This document shows, piece by piece, positions 14,111 through 27,900 of a stretch of 64,000 nt of DNA. Position numbers and translations under genes: made by a program. Source of the stretch: Bigelowiella natans CCMP2755. Taxonomy: Eukaryota; Protista; Cercozoa. The stretch lies in the NCBI GenBank assembly GCA_000320545.1, contig ADNK01002378.1, forward strand, positions 12,123 through 76,122. Direction: 5' to 3'. Positions within the stretch are counted from its first letter, which is position 1. Each line of letters opens with the position of its first letter. The notes beneath the pieces were generated by a model. It ran no database searches. It saw only the letters and a program-made list of their open reading frames with translations, and had not been told where the DNA came from.

Positions 14111-14411
14111 TGTGCTTTCCACACTCATTGTAATACGGTTTTAGATTGCAGCGAGTAAGGAGTATAAGAGAGGAAAAGATGTAGACGTCGAGAAATTTCG
14201 CAAATTCTGTGCAGCTCCGACAACTCCGCGTTCAAAGAAAGATCTTAAGAATATAGCTATTATAGGTGGTGGGCCAGTTGGCCTTTGGATTGGCCTTCTC
14301 ATACTACAAAAGTAATTTGAATATCATGGTGCACATTTGCAAGCAAACTCAAATGGAAGGAAAAATCTGAACTAAAATCATTGTGTGTGTGTGTGTGTGT
14401 ATGTGTGTGTA

Positions 14412-14455
<44 letters not shown>

Positions 14456-15518
14456 ACCGTCTCTCTTTTTTGGAAATAGGTACTCTCGGAGGCGGATTGG
14501 CAATGATGTAGCCCCTGAGTTGACACGGCCGTATGTGACTGTGTTTGAGAAACGGGACGACGAAAGCTATATGTCGCGCACATTCACGCTGGCAATCAAA
14601 AGCTGGACTGACAAGCTTATCAACCGCTATCTGCTACAACCTGAGACATTCGCTCCCGTATGTTCGCTTAATAAGCTCGAGAAAGCCCTCCGTACAGCTT
14701 TTGAGCAGCACGGAGGGAGAATGGAGTTCAAAGAAATACACGATCCTAACGAGCTGTGCGCCAATGGCTTTGACTATATTTTCTGGTGCGGAGGCCGGCG
14801 ATCTCTCTCACCTAGTGTCCGATCACAACTAAACATGGAACAAATCGAGGGTCATTTCGAAGAGGTGATGTTGCTGGACTTCACACAGCATGAGCGTGTG
14901 CGTCGGCCAGTAAATGATGTGCTCACATCTGGTTTCAACGCACAAAAGCCGGGCCTCCGTGTGATGCTGCGTCCCGGAGACTCTCTCCTCGAAGGGCATA
15001 TTTGGGTCTTTGGGGTATCGACTGAAATTGCTGCTGCGTGCAACCACTCGTGCATCGCCGGTAAGGAGTTCGAAAGCATTAATAAATGTCTCATGGAGGT
15101 GTTTGAAGTATGTAACGAAGAAGGGAATAAGAAGGAGACCATGTCTTCAAGTCAGGAAACCCTTGAAAACCTGCTCGCTTCGTATGAGGCCATCTTAGTT
15201 CCTGTAAAAGTCCGCATTCACTCCACGCGCGCCGCGTTCTTTCATAGCAAAACCATCTTTTCTATGCTTGATAAGGCCGATGGGAGCAAAATTCCCTTTG
15301 TCCTTGCTGGAGATGCGGCTTATGGGAAACCATTTTGGACAGGATCGACACTGAATCACCATTTGCTTGATGTCCATCAAGAATTATCTAAATTAAAGAT
15401 AGATCGAAATCATCAGGACGGAATGTTTAAGGGCTTCATCGAGCAGAATACATTTCGCACGAGCACACCGGGATTTGATACGAGGAAGGAAAAGCCAAAA
15501 TTTGTCTATGAAAAATAA
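13399..15518 (+). CDS. FAD-dependent monooxygenase (MICAL-like MO domain) with basic low-complexity/coiled-coil N-terminus; 3 exons
   Basis: Exon 2 NIAIIGGGPVGLWIGLL (GxGxxG Rossmann); exon 3 VTVFEKR..SRTFTLAI, FDYIFWCGG (DG-motif position), LAGDAAYGKPFWTGSTLNHHLLD (GD motif). Confidence 0.8.
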
Positions 15519-15589
15519 TGATGAATGAATTATTTATTTATACTTGAGTATGTATACGTGTGTGTGTGTGCTGTGTGCCGTAGTACACA

Positions 15590-15980
15590 CACGTACGAAT
15601 CTGTAAGCATAACGCGTATAGAGAATGAGTCCATTGTTGTTGTTCTTATTTGCAGCGCGATGACTAACGCGACATGTGACACCAGCTAGCCAGGCATAGC
15701 ACTGCGTAAATTACAAGCGATGCGATGTGCAACGCAAGTGTTCTAGATATCTCGGCTTAGTAAACAATTTAGAGTGTATCTAGTCTATCATTTGCCTTGA
15801 TGATATTGCTGTGTCTATTATCTTGTTCTTATTGCATGGAACGCAAACACTAGTATTTTCAGACAATGCGCTGCCACATATTGATGTTCTAAATGTAATA
15901 AATGTCAGAGAAATAAAAGGACAATTTGTTTGGTCATTTCATGTGAGGATGCTCAACAACTAGTTGTGTGCACCACTCCC
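15590..15980. other. Palindrome-rich intergenic island 3 (weaker)
   Basis: CAGCTAGCC, CATG, TGCA, TCTAGA cluster directly after the monooxygenase stop codon. Confidence 0.45.
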
Positions 15981-16585
15981 ACATTTTGCAGTTCATTCAG
16001 TCTCTCGACCGAAGAAGGTTTTCTCTAAACTCCGTTTCATTCTGCTCCGAACGGCCCAACCTAGGAGAGGGTAGGTTCGGTGGTTTGAACGTAAAAGGGC
16101 AGTTTGATTGAACATTGCAGTGTGAAACTCATTCGCAGTTAGTTTGAGGGGGGGGGGAATGGGACGCCACAGCTCCGCATTGAACTGAAATGTGAAAATT
16201 CACTTGTGGACATTCGATCCGAGGCAGCGGAGTGTATGCTCGATCAGAGCTGTGCATATGATGTGTGACATCGGCATGGCACCGGTGCTGGGAAGAATTG
16301 CTGTCATCCTGACCTCGGTAGTTCAAGAGGAGGAGAAGGAATTCCAACGTTGAGGTTAAGATTAGTAAGATCATTTCCCCGAAGGAAATATTATATTCGG
16401 ATGCAAAAATAATGCCATTTGTAGTGTGCGACATTCACGTTGCTACTTATTTCAAGGAAAAATTAACGGCCAAGAATTTTTATAGGATTTCCAAAATCGT
16501 TCGGGCCTGCAACAAAGAAAGACCCCTACCTACCCCACCCCACAAACCTTCCGAACGTACATCCCTCTCCCTTTGGAGATCATCC

Positions 16586-18177
16586 ATGAACGTTCAAAGC
16601 ATCATTGCTCTGGTATTATTGGGGACTCATTTAGTCGCTCCAGCACCTTTAGTTTCCAAAGTTCGTTCTCCTTTGATCCTGAGTAAGCATGCGCCGTCCA
16701 GGCGTGCAAGCGTGGATCTTGTGCGGCGGTAAGTTTTCATCGAATCTTCACGTACGTGAAAACAGCAAGTCTGATATTCTTTGATTCCTTTCTCCAATAT
16801 ACAATTTGTAGATCTCGTGAACCTAAGCACACAACGAAAATACGCCGTGCTGCTCCGAACGTACAGTCAGCGATAAACCCTGCATCGGGCATTGAGCAGC
16901 CTAAGTCTACCTCTAAAAAGACCGTTGTGGGACTTACTTCTTTCCTTGCCGCCGACACCATACTAAAAATTGCCTTCGAGAAGGCTTCTGTCACTTCGTT
17001 CCCATCCTCTCTTGCTGGAATGATAATTGCTTTCACTAGTCTGCAGGGAGTTAGGATGTTCAGACCAGTTGCGGCTGCGAAAATTGTTGCTTTTATGGGA
17101 CCGGCTGTAGCTCTATTGAAAGTGTGGCTGCCATTATTTTTTGTGCCACCCCTCGTCGTGCTTCCTCTAAAGTATAGCCTGGTATTTGACATCGCTGGGC
17201 GTCTAGCCGTGCTCGTTGCAAGTGGATTCATCTTTACCCTACTATCGACAGCTTTCGTGTCTAACTTGCTTCCAGGACCACCGGCTAAAGACCTTGATAC
17301 TATGGTAACTACGGCTGAGAAAGAACAAGCACCAAATCCTGGCCTCCCTGACCCCCGAAAGCCTTTAACAGTTGCATCTACGCTCCTTGTGCTCAACTTG
17401 CTTTTGCATGACAAAGTTGGCGAGATTGGGGGACAGACTATATTGCAGCGAATGTTTGGTGTCTCGTCGACGGCCACTGCATATCTTCTAGGAACAAGAC
17501 TACCGGCAGCAATACGATCCGTTTTCCATCCTGTGCTCGCATGTGCCACAATCGCATCGGTCCTTCAATTTGTGCTCAGTGTGGTCACCGGCAGTTCCTA
17601 CACAGAGACGTTAGCTAAATACTTCGGCGGCGGTTACGTGGGGGCTGGAGACATAATATCTCGCATGCTGGGACCGGTAATTATTAGCTTCGGCTTCCAA
17701 CTCTACGTTTTCCGCGAAGTACTGATGAGTAACTTCCTCCGGGTGCTCGGAACAACACTGTTCGCCGCTGCGGCTAGTTTGCTCTCTTCCGCAAAACTTG
17801 CCTCGATGCTGAAGCTAATGCCCGTCGAAGCTGCTTTAACTCCGCTTACCAGGAGTGTAACCTCTCCTCTTGCATTGGCAGGGGCAGAAATTACGGGTGC
17901 CGATCCTTCATTATCTGCTTTTCTTGTTGCCATAACAGGCGTTCTTGGCGCAGCGCTTGGGAGGACTCTCCTTGAACGTTTCAAAATCACCAATGACGTG
18001 ACCGCCGGCCTGGCAATTGGCGCTTCGGCTCATGGATTGGGTGCAGCATCGGTTTCCAACCAGCCAGTTAAGTTCTCCGCTGCTGCTTTGTCAATGACGT
18101 TGACAGGGTTGTGGACAGTGCTAATTTTAGCTGTCCCGTTGGCTAGAGATTTTTTGATCCGCATGGCAACTTCATAG
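16586..18177 (+). CDS. PLGG1: Plastid glycolate/glycerate translocator PLGG1-like (LrgA-LrgB fusion), bipartite leader; 2 exons
   Basis: Signal peptide MNVQSIIALVLLGTHLVA; FPSSLAGM, WLPLFFVPPLVVLP, FHPVL, LGPVIISFGFQLY, RSVTSPLAL, GLAIGASAHGLG (LrgB motifs). Confidence 0.9.
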
Positions 18178-18199
18178 TGATCAAAATGATAGAGATATG

Positions 18200-18960
18200 C
18201 ACATACATGGGTCGTTGCTTTGATCAACATTGCTGAATCGTGCTGCATTGCAACACGGTTGAATCACATTGTACATTGCATCCAGTGCATGTAGTGATTG
18301 GGCAAAACCGTTTTAGTCAACAAGATTCATGGCTGCAAAACCATCCTTCTTCATGCAAGAGTCAAATTCGTGTGCCATGTTTTGACAGAGGAGCTGTCAT
18401 AGGAGTGTTCGTTGCTAGCAACATGATGGCATTGAGTGCAGACATAGATGGTAACAAGTCAGCAATTTTTAGGATTAAACGATTTGATTTCTAGACATGT
18501 AAGATATGCAGCACGCTAAATTTATGCGCTATTATTTGCCGCTAGCTTGGCTGTGACTTTATTGCACACCATGATAATGCTGATATGATGATCATCTGCT
18601 AAATAATTTGTGAGGGGCATGAAATGCATGCATATGACGATTGTGTCGGATCATGTAGAAGCCTGTCTAAATGTTGATTTACATTAGTTTTTGACATTCG
18701 CGGCTCCTGGCTCCCTTTTCTCTCCACCACAAGCTTCACGATAAACACGATATGTGCTTCATTTTACCTCCATGTACGTAAAACCTAGTCAATACGTACT
18801 AGGAATTCATTGCATTCATAATTTTATGTACTCGAATATGCCGTATGAATTTATCTTCATTGATACTAAACATCCTTTAATGTGCACAACTCTGCACTGT
18901 GATAAAATGTGGCAATGTCACAAAAATGCAGGGTTTGTCCTAGCAGAGGTTGAAATAGCC
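18200..18960. other. Palindrome-rich intergenic island 4, convergent junction
   Basis: TGCA/CATG/GCTAGC-rich non-coding spacer between the PLGG1 3' end and the small minus-strand gene. Confidence 0.6.
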
Positions 18961-18989
18961 CACGGGTTTTGCGTATGACGACTTCATTG

Positions 18990-19454
18990 CTACGAATTCT
19001 CATTTAATTTTTGCTTTGATTTCTCCTGTTGCTCAAGTAATCTTTTTCGTCTCAGATTATTCCGTTTCACAAGCTGTTAAATCCAGCAATAGACAAATTA
19101 TTTGTGTAGAAGAGTAGAATTATTTGGATTATTCTGACCACTCTATAGGTAGTCTCTTTCTCAGTTTCCGTCATCTTGTCCCAATTTGCTATTCGACTAA
19201 TTGTCCCGTCGCTGTTTATCTACAAAACAAGCCTCTCACATACAAACACAACTACGATGTCAAAGTGTTTTAAACATGTATACCACTACGGGTCCAAGCT
19301 TATCAAATTTGACATTTTCTCCGAGCTTGAGAGTGTTGGTTTCTGATCTTTTGGCATCCGAGGGAGCAGGAAGTGCAAGCATCGGTCGCTTGTCCTTTTC
19401 CCCTTCTTCTTCTTCTGGGTCTGCAGCTTTTTCGACGGTCGGTTCGTCCTCCAT
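18990..19454 (-). CDS. Small conserved protein of unknown function (LGPVVINxDGTxSRIxNW family); 3 exons
   Basis: Spliced: ..LALPAP..VKFDKLGPVV/INSDGTISRIANWDKMTETEKETTYRV/LVKRNNLRREKL..NS*. The motif is recognised from small fungal and protist proteins. Confidence 0.8.
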
Positions 19455-20805
19455 ACCGGCCCTATGTTATATCGAGCGATAGGAATGCTCCGAATACTTA
19501 AGGATAACGCATAGGTAAGGTGGTGTTGGGCTATGGGATTCGTAACTTTGTGTGGGCCCCACCTCCTTCGGCCGAGTCTTTTCAAAGATTTGATTTTGAC
19601 TGAATGTATCCCGAAAACTTCGATGATAAGCTGACATCTAATAATAGAGACAAAGTACATAATTCTATAAGATGTTTTCCCGATAAAAGTTGAACATAAA
19701 TGAACTCATCGCGGTGCTGTTGAAAATAAGAGAAACTGTGCGGAGAAATTTCATGGGCTAAAAATTACGGGCTAACAAGAAAAACATGAAATTTCATCTT
19801 AGCGTCAGAGACTTCGGCATGTCGTTAAGAGAATATAGCGTGACAGAACTAGTAATTCATGTAGAAATGTTTTACATTTTGCTTCAGCGACAACAGAACA
19901 CAACAAATAAAGGAAAATTCGAGAATCTACGAGAGCATTTCGAGAACTGGGATTGCCGATAAATTCTCCCTGTAGATCTAGGGGGGCTTTCTTTTTTTAG
20001 TTTTTCTCAATATTCAAGGCTGAATTCTTAACAAAATGCACACTCATTCAAACAGAAATAGGGATGCCTGAGTTCATACATAAAAATTCCATGGTCGGCT
20101 CGAATTTTTTAGGAAAAATGATCGTTTATGAGTGCTTACGACATAAATATTTTGTTGTCGATTCTAAAGAAACCCGATGCATTTTCGCTCAAGAAGCTGC
20201 ATTCAAGTCTGGAAATAGAGAAAGTTATGATTTCAGTATCTAGAGTACAAAAAAACGGTTAGAGGTTCACTCTTTATTCCTTACGACATATAAATTAAAT
20301 TGTCGTATAATATAATTGTATTACATTGGGATAATTTACTTTAAATACATGCTAAATATAAATCTGGACGAAGAATAGTCAGAAGCCGTAGAGCTCCTAG
20401 GGCGGAACCTCCCTCCAAGTTAGGTTTGTTGCCTCCCTCCTTCACTAGAGATAATAGCGGAAATCCCACACTCGTTCATAAAAATTGATTCGTTTCTTTA
20501 TCGAATTTGACCGATCCCACTCCAAAGACCAAGAAATAGTGACAAAATTTGTGAGAGCATGCCTTGTTTCCTGACTCGATGCTGAAAAAAACTTTTGTTG
20601 AGAGACATAGTTTTTGCCTATGTTGCGGGAAGCTCTTAATCGACTTCAATGGCCGACATGAATGATGAATGTCTACTTCAAAAGAAAAATATATAGACGC
20701 TTACCTTCCGATGTTTGTGTGTTTCAGTAGGTACGTGGTTGGTCTTGGCGTACTCGCGTACGGAAACTACCGTTGAATAAGTAAAATATCTTCCTGACGA
20801 CAAGC

Positions 20806-21958
20806 ATGTCGACCGCTCCAACCGAAACAAAGGACAAATCGAAGGCCGACAGCACCTACTACTATTTCAAGAGCACGCCAGCTCATATAGCAAAGAACTA
20901 TGTTCCACAGAAAATCGACAGCAACGGAGTGATGCCGGAGCAGACTCCTCGATTGCCAGTGGTAGAGAACACGCAAGGAAGCGCTTGGAACAGGATGGGA
21001 ACATGGTTATGCATTTTTCTGAGCAGTGTCTGTACAATGTCCACTTAGCGCTGCCTACTACTTGTTGCTGTTTTAGGGAGGAGAAGGATTACTCAAAGTG
21101 GGCTAGGGATCGCCTGAAAGAGCTTCTATTAGAAATGGAATGTCCTGTCTTCTCCACTGGCGAGCTTAAAATCTCAGATGTAGTGACTGCAGAAGGCGAT
21201 GTAAGTCGCAACACTTCCATCTTTGTGCCTCCGTCTTACTGTTTCACTCTCTCCTTACCACTCTCCCGAAAATAATGAAAAATCGATATAGAACGATGAA
21301 AAATATGCTGCATTTCTATTCCCAGGCTACGATACTGTATCTACGTGGTAAGAAACGATTAGGCTTCGAATTGAATCTCAAAGCAAAATGGAAGGGTGGG
21401 TACCTGCTTGTCAAAAGTAGTTCTTGAGAATGATTTATGAGCACAACAACAAGGGTAGTGGTTTGAGAAGAGTATTTGGATGCGAACATTTCCTCTGTGC
21501 GTTCGTCTCGTCTACCCCGTGTTACTTCAGGCAAGGTAAATGATAAAGAAGTCTCCGGGCATATAAGCATTCCTTCGTTGGATTCCGATGATTGGCCCGA
21601 TGATATTGAGGTGTTAATCACAAATCCGTACCCTCCGCCATGCGGTTACTGAAATACTGCATCTGCTCCAAACACTTATTATTTCTTGCAATAACGTCCT
21701 AGATTGATTTCACGGCGGAGAAATCGGACTCACCTCACCTAGAAGCTCGCAGGTGACCTCCCCCCCCCCGGTTGTCGACGAAGAAGTAGGAAATGACTGG
21801 CTTGCTTATCTATGAAATCAGATACGTAAAAAGTATGAAATCAACTGTCATGAAACAGCTTAAGGTTTGGATATTTCTATCTCAAAATCCGGATGAAACT
21901 AATTCGATCCCATGTGTGTTTGGTGTAGACGTTCTACGATGAATTCAACGCTAAATAG
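20806..21958 (+). CDS. Activator of Hsp90 ATPase (Aha1 N-domain) protein; 7 exons
   Basis: GSAWNRMGTW/EEKDYSKWARDRLKELL..EGD/ATILYLRGKKRLGFELNLKAKWKG..VSGHISIP; all introns GT-AG and in frame; TAG at 21956-21958. Confidence 0.88.
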
Positions 21959-22049
21959 ATGAGGTGGTACAATCACTGAGGAAACTTAGCATTATTAGAA
22001 ATTTAGTTACACCTCAGGGCGACTTGCGTGTGAAAAAAGTATGTGCAGA

Positions 22050-22770
22050 ATATGGTTTTATCTAATAAATATCGCAGCCGTCAGTTTCTGCTGCAACACC
22101 TCGTGACTTCATGTGGTCTAGTGGTTGCAATTCATGGATAAATTCCTCGTGTATGTTGTTCGCAGCGAAGCGGTTGTATTGAATTTTTCTCGCGCAAAAA
22201 AACATATGTCTTGTTGCAGTGTCCTAGTGTCTAGGTGTGTTTAACAATTTATTACATGCTGTAGCGTGCATCCCGTCATGTGCGGCATGATCAGCAGCCA
22301 GATGTTCGCGCACGGCTATATGCACATAGCTGGCGGTACGTTACAACGCATGTGCAATCTAGCTGCGCATGAATGAAGTGATTCCACATTGTTTGCACAT
22401 GGGCTTAAGTAGCACTGCAGCATGTTGATGTGTATGTTGCTAGTCATGCAATGTGTAGCTAGCTAGAGCGTCACTGCACATGTGGCGACACGTACGTGCA
22501 GATACAAATTAGAGCAAGCATGCTAGCATGGCTCATGAAACAATGATGTGTCATAGTGTGGCATAGAGGCGTTCTAGCGTTGGCTTGTCTATTTATTTCT
22601 TTACACGTGTTTAGTTCTGCTGACCACTAGACCATGCCATGCGATACCATTGTTATGCTGACGCTGATAAATGCTGGAACGATGCAGAGCACGTGGCATG
22701 TACCATGAGAACGCTAGAACGCGTCAAGAAATGCTACATGACAGCGACGTACCATGGTGTACGTATGTAC
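22050..22770. other. Palindrome-rich intergenic island 5, convergent junction
   Basis: CATGCTAGCATG at 22519-22530, AGCTAGCTAG, TGCACATGTG; non-coding. Confidence 0.7.
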
Positions 22771-23467
22771 GTATGCATCCAAATAAATTGACCTTTCTTA
22801 AAGTATCGGCATTGCCAGTGGTGGTAAATATTTCTCGCCCTCTTCTCTATGAGCATCTTGATTTTCTCTTGCATTGATATGCGAATTGGAAATACACTCG
22901 CCACTTCCCTCCTCAGACGACGGAGATTGTGGAGAACCAATAATCTGGGCCTCCAGCGCCATGTTCTCCCTTTTTGTTGCTTCTATATAGCATCACGTAC
23001 GCACAATATTCGGTTTTTCGAAGTCAAAATCAAAGCTGTGTAGTTATATGAACAGTAGGCCGAACAACCTTCCTTGCGCCTTTTTTCTTCTTTCAACAAG
23101 CCTACACAACGTTGGGCGGGCTCAAAATCATAGATGGTTTGCAAGACCTGAGAAAATAAATTAGTAGCAGTAAATGGCCGACTTGGAAACGACATTGCCG
23201 CTGCTGCAACTTACCTTTATCGTCGCAATCGCCTCCACCACCCATCTCTTATCAAAATCTTTCATGGGTGCCTGAAAGGGATATCGAAAACAACGATCAG
23301 GAGGAGGAAGACACACGCTGCAGCTCGTTAGTCCCTCTCCCTTATTCTTCTTACCGCCTGCGTCTTGAACGCCCAATCTAGAGACTGGTACAGCCGCTTG
23401 AGCATGATGATGCCTGGGATGAGGTGTGATCGTACGTGTGTGGGTCATGGTGAGTTGCTTGTATTCG

Positions 23468-23499
<32 letters not shown>

Positions 23500-25637
23500 T
23501 GTGTGTGTGTGGGTGTGGGTGTGGGTGGGCCGCAGAAAAAATGTACTAAAATCATTCCTCAAGAAGTCCCATCGATGGATGATGAATTATTGCTGTCACG
23601 TTTCCAACAAAAATAATTTTCCCGTCATCACTCCCCCCACCCTCACCTTCCCGTGATGCGATTTCAGGGTACTGGCTCAGAAGCGTGACGACTTCCTGTG
23701 TGGACGCATCATCATTGCACTACACTCAAAACCAATGATGCTCTTTGTCATGGTGAACAGGGTAGTATACGTGCACGCACAAACCAGTCTTCTAGGCCGA
23801 CGAAGAGGCCCGTATGCATGTTGCTTGCAGATAAATCGCGCCACGGCCTGAATGGGTTTATTATTGCATCAGTAACTATTGAAAGCGACATCTCCATCCC
23901 TCAACAACGAAGTCACAGCAGCAGCAGCAGCAGGTAGGTAGAAGCACTTACAGTGAAGTCCGGTGGGTGTGGAGGAAGCGACCTTCTGAGAAATCTGCTC
24001 GAGCGCATGTAGCGAAAATACATGCGAAACCTACACAATGGAGATTGGGCACGTGTTACATGTATCGCTATCGTGGGGAGATGGGAGGGCGGCATCCTTT
24101 TCCCAAACCCCCCCAACCTTTTCTGACCTTTCAACGGCCTTCTCTTCCTGGAGCTCTTCTGTAAGTCGTATAGATCTACATAGATTGTACAATGAGTGTG
24201 TACTGTGCGGCTAGCCACGCTGTGCTTTTCATGTTGGCGATGTATGCACGCTCCTTAGTTACTTTATTCTCCGTTTCGAGCCATTGTTCTCGCCGTAAAA
24301 GTCGCCGAACCCAGTCGCACTCTCATCCCCGCTTTCATCATCTGCGGCATCAGACAGGCCTGGTGATTCCGAGAGCCCGTCTGCGTTGACCCTCATCGCC
24401 TTTGGGAAGACCTAAGGAATACACAGTGATCCAGAGTCCCAAGATATTTCAGCTCGAGACTTTCTCGTGGCCAACCGGTTGTGTGAAGGCGTATATTGTA
24501 CGATGGAGAACATTGCGTGTAAAGGAAAACAGTGTATTACATGAAAACATTGTTTTATGTGCATATATGTACATATCACATCCCCTGATCGATCGACAGA
24601 TTTAAGTCTACTCTACGAAAATAGGCCTGGAGACAGTTTGGTCTAATGTAGTCTCCAAAGCTTTTAATCTCTATGCATATTTGAGCTAGAGCGAGAAATT
24701 GACGACATCGGTGCTGTCGTCGCCAGAAGCCACTATTCCTAGCTGGGACTTCGTTGCACACATACGGAGGGAATAGGTATAGATGGAGGACAACAGCAGA
24801 GAGAACAAATGATGATGGCGATGACGACGACGATGATGATATTGATGATTTTGGCGGAAGGGGAGGAAGGACAAGATGTATACGTATGATGGCAACAATT
24901 GCGATGCGTATTCTTTAGTTGATGATTTGCTTCTTCACATACTCCTTCATTCTTCTTATTAGCATACTGCTGAAGCACAGCTTCTTCGTAAAACCTACCC
25001 GGAATATGACAGGACAGCGTTTATTATTGCTCTTGGCTCATATAGAGTTTCTCCTCCTCCTCCTCCTCCTCCTCCACCTCGCTTCCCCCTTCTCTCTTGA
25101 CTTTCTTTCCTTCTTATCCCCCCTCTCCCCCCATTCTTGTTGAATGACCTTTGGTATTGATGATACTTTTCATCGATGATAAGCTCGTCGGAAAGCACCG
25201 CGGATTCGGAGCTGTGATGGTTGTCTTTATCGGCAACGCTAGTCGAACTGCAGCTCGCAGCCTCGTCCTCTTCCATCTCCTGCCGCTGCTTTAAGGCGTT
25301 CTGGTTCACTAATGCCTGTCGCCTCTTCTGCTCATCCTCCGGGAGCGGAAGCTGAATGCGTGAGAAGAGGACGTTTGTTCCAAAAGAAATATTTGTTGTC
25401 TTTTTCTGTGTCAGTATCTGCTTGCTCTAATTGCCGTTTCTATTTTAAGTTGAAGGCATGTTCATAGCTCAAAGGATGGTGCTTCCGACCTCATCTTCCA
25501 GGTTGTCGTGAGGGTGCCAATTGTACTTCTGGTGGTGGTGGGAGAAGATTCTTGCATTCAGTCCTGCAAAAGATAGCATTTTAAAGTTTATTCGTCCTCC
25601 CCCTTTTCCTTCTCTTCCCCTCCCCCTCCCCCACCCC

Positions 25638-25725
<88 letters not shown>

Positions 25726-27219
25726 ACCCCTTCCTGCCTATCTATATGTATGTCAATATCCTCGTAGAGGCATAGATGTTCTATTCTCAACTGATTTCGG
25801 TACCATAATCGAAGTCGAACCGACGATTCAGCTTCCAGTAGACCTTCCCTTTGATACAGACGCTGCTGCTGCTGCTGCTACTGCTGTTCGCAGTAAATCG
25901 GTATAGCGTCTGCTGCCGCATCCACTTTCGCACATCTAATTTGCGTCAAATAATTTTTGAATAAACCCGTATCGAAGAACAGTCTTCATAAGCAAGGACT
26001 GCGCAATTAGTAGGCACAGGGCTCTTGTATATTCTAACAGTTTAAACGCAAACGGTGATGATTTTGCTCTACAACGAGAGTCGTAGCTTTGGACAAGATT
26101 CGCCATTTTGATTAGTATTTAAAATGTATACGATTTCATAATAACGACCTCTCATGTATAGGCGTTGCAGAAGTGACTCGTTATAGACGGCTGGCTTAAT
26201 TTTCTCTATCGTGTATTTTGTCAAAGCACAACTGCGTATCACATGCGAGTGTTGATGAAGAGCTTTGTCACTGTGATCGTTCATGACTGAAAGACAATAC
26301 CAAAGTGGACAGTAGCTCTATTTCGCTTCCCCGATTCCGGCAGCCCCTCCCCTCTATTTCATTGCATTTCGGAAGAAGAAATTGATTTAAGCGATCGGTG
26401 TAGATAGTTCTCTTTATTACTATCATCATTATTATCATTATTTATTAGTATTTACCTTAGAAAGCACTCCGCGAGCGCCTCCGCATCGTCGACGTCCCAC
26501 ATCTAGATTATTATTGGTATGATGGCGCAAGAAACAGGCATACTAGGTGACAGCGAGAGCTAAAGCTTTAAGACTACTTGTTCGATCACGTCGCATCGCT
26601 TCCAGTTTTCCCAGGCCCGAGAATCTAAATGGTTAATTTTTGGTTATCTACAATTGCTGCAATCGGGCCAATTAGAAGAATACTGCAGCGATTTGCATCA
26701 AGTTGGCGTTGTTTGTGTGAGGTTGAAATTTAGTGTATCTGTTCTCCCACGGTTGCTGGTAAATCCCATCAAGTACTTCCGAGAGTCTACATCGCTAGAT
26801 ACAGAGAGGGTGCCTGGCGCGAGATAGCTTCCCTGCCACAATTGGGTCTGTTCGATGAAGTATTCGCAGGATTCATGGGCATGAAGGAGAAGCTATGTTC
26901 AACTGTCTACATACTTGCTCAACCGTCTTTACTCGCACGAGCTGAAAAGGGGGACAGAGTTAGATGAAATGAAGTGGGAAAGACATCAGTTCGTCGAAAC
27001 TTTGCTGTGTTAATCATCACTTGGTTACCTCCACGTTGTACTTTGGGCGTTCTTTGCTCCCAGGCGGGGATGTGTAGGTCACACGAAGCTTGGTGTGATC
27101 AGATACAATGAAAGCTACCATTATATAAGTAAATGACGCCATAAACACAGCCATAGTCCACACGGATATCCCTCTCCCCCCCCTCATCTTCCTCCAGCTC
27201 CAGCCGGGGTCTCGTATCA
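22734..27219 (-). CDS. Multi-exon hypothetical protein with N-terminal signal anchor (type II membrane topology); may be more than one gene
   Basis: First exon MIRDPGWSWRKMRGGRGISVWTMAVFMASFTYIMVAFIV. Protein-like minus exons flanked by AG/GT, e.g. DVRKWMRQQTLYRF..FDFDYG/LNARIFSHHHQKYNWHPHDNLEDE/LPLPEDEQ.. and RRLRREVASVFPIRISMQEKIK. Splicing only partly resolved. Confidence 0.5.
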
Positions 27220-27900
27220 TGATACTACATGTACTCGATTTTGATGGTGTTTTTTTGTCGAAGCCAAAGTCAAATATTCATGGTTATTCAAAGGTATATT
27301 ACCACCAGTTGAATTTCCCGATCCTTCCATAGAGGGAGTTCTCATAAAATACTGTTCATGGTTTTCCTATCTGTTATACCTAGCTTAAATTTATGCCCAA
27401 ATCATCGAATGCTTTCCGGACACTGTGCTGTGTAGAGTGCTCACAGAAAAAAAACTCTGCCACGAACGAAAAAACCGGGAAAAATATCGGTGAAATTGCT
27501 TCGAACACGTGGAGATTCATCGTTCGCACGAGAGATGACCTTATGTCGCAGATGTAGATTAGGATGGATTCCACCGAGCCTTTTTCTGCTTCGGAGTCAC
27601 GCATGCCTTTTCTTTTCAATTCCATTATTCGTTAGAACACACAAAGCAGCGACTTGGAATGCGATGAAATGAAGGGCGTTTATGGGAAGAGACATCCAAA
27701 AAATCACGGATATGACTGAGGCCGAGCGTCAGGAGCACCGCGATCTGGCCAGCAGTGCCGTAGACGGAGACGCGTACATCAGAGGGGGAGACGCCTTTGG
27801 TCCGAGGTGGAATGCCAACTAGAGATTGTTGTTCCATTCAACGCCCTCTTTGACCAGATTTCGGAACTAGATCCTTGCGGAGCGTCTCTGTCGGGTTAGC

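Noticed and set aside
13834-14158. ORFs with HTHTHT, ERERER, YIYIYI or CVCVCV runs throughout the window
   Set aside because: Translations of intronic microsatellites.
16737-17549. 270-aa antisense ORF over PLGG1, and similar shadow ORFs over UGT, BET and formin
   Set aside because: Antisense shadows of real coding exons.
26575-26945. Apparent in-frame stops (pseudogene or recoding) and an ILGPGKTGS P-loop/sulfotransferase-like motif
   Set aside because: Most stops fall inside plausible GT-AG introns and the reading frame of the motif could not be established; no evidence for recoding.
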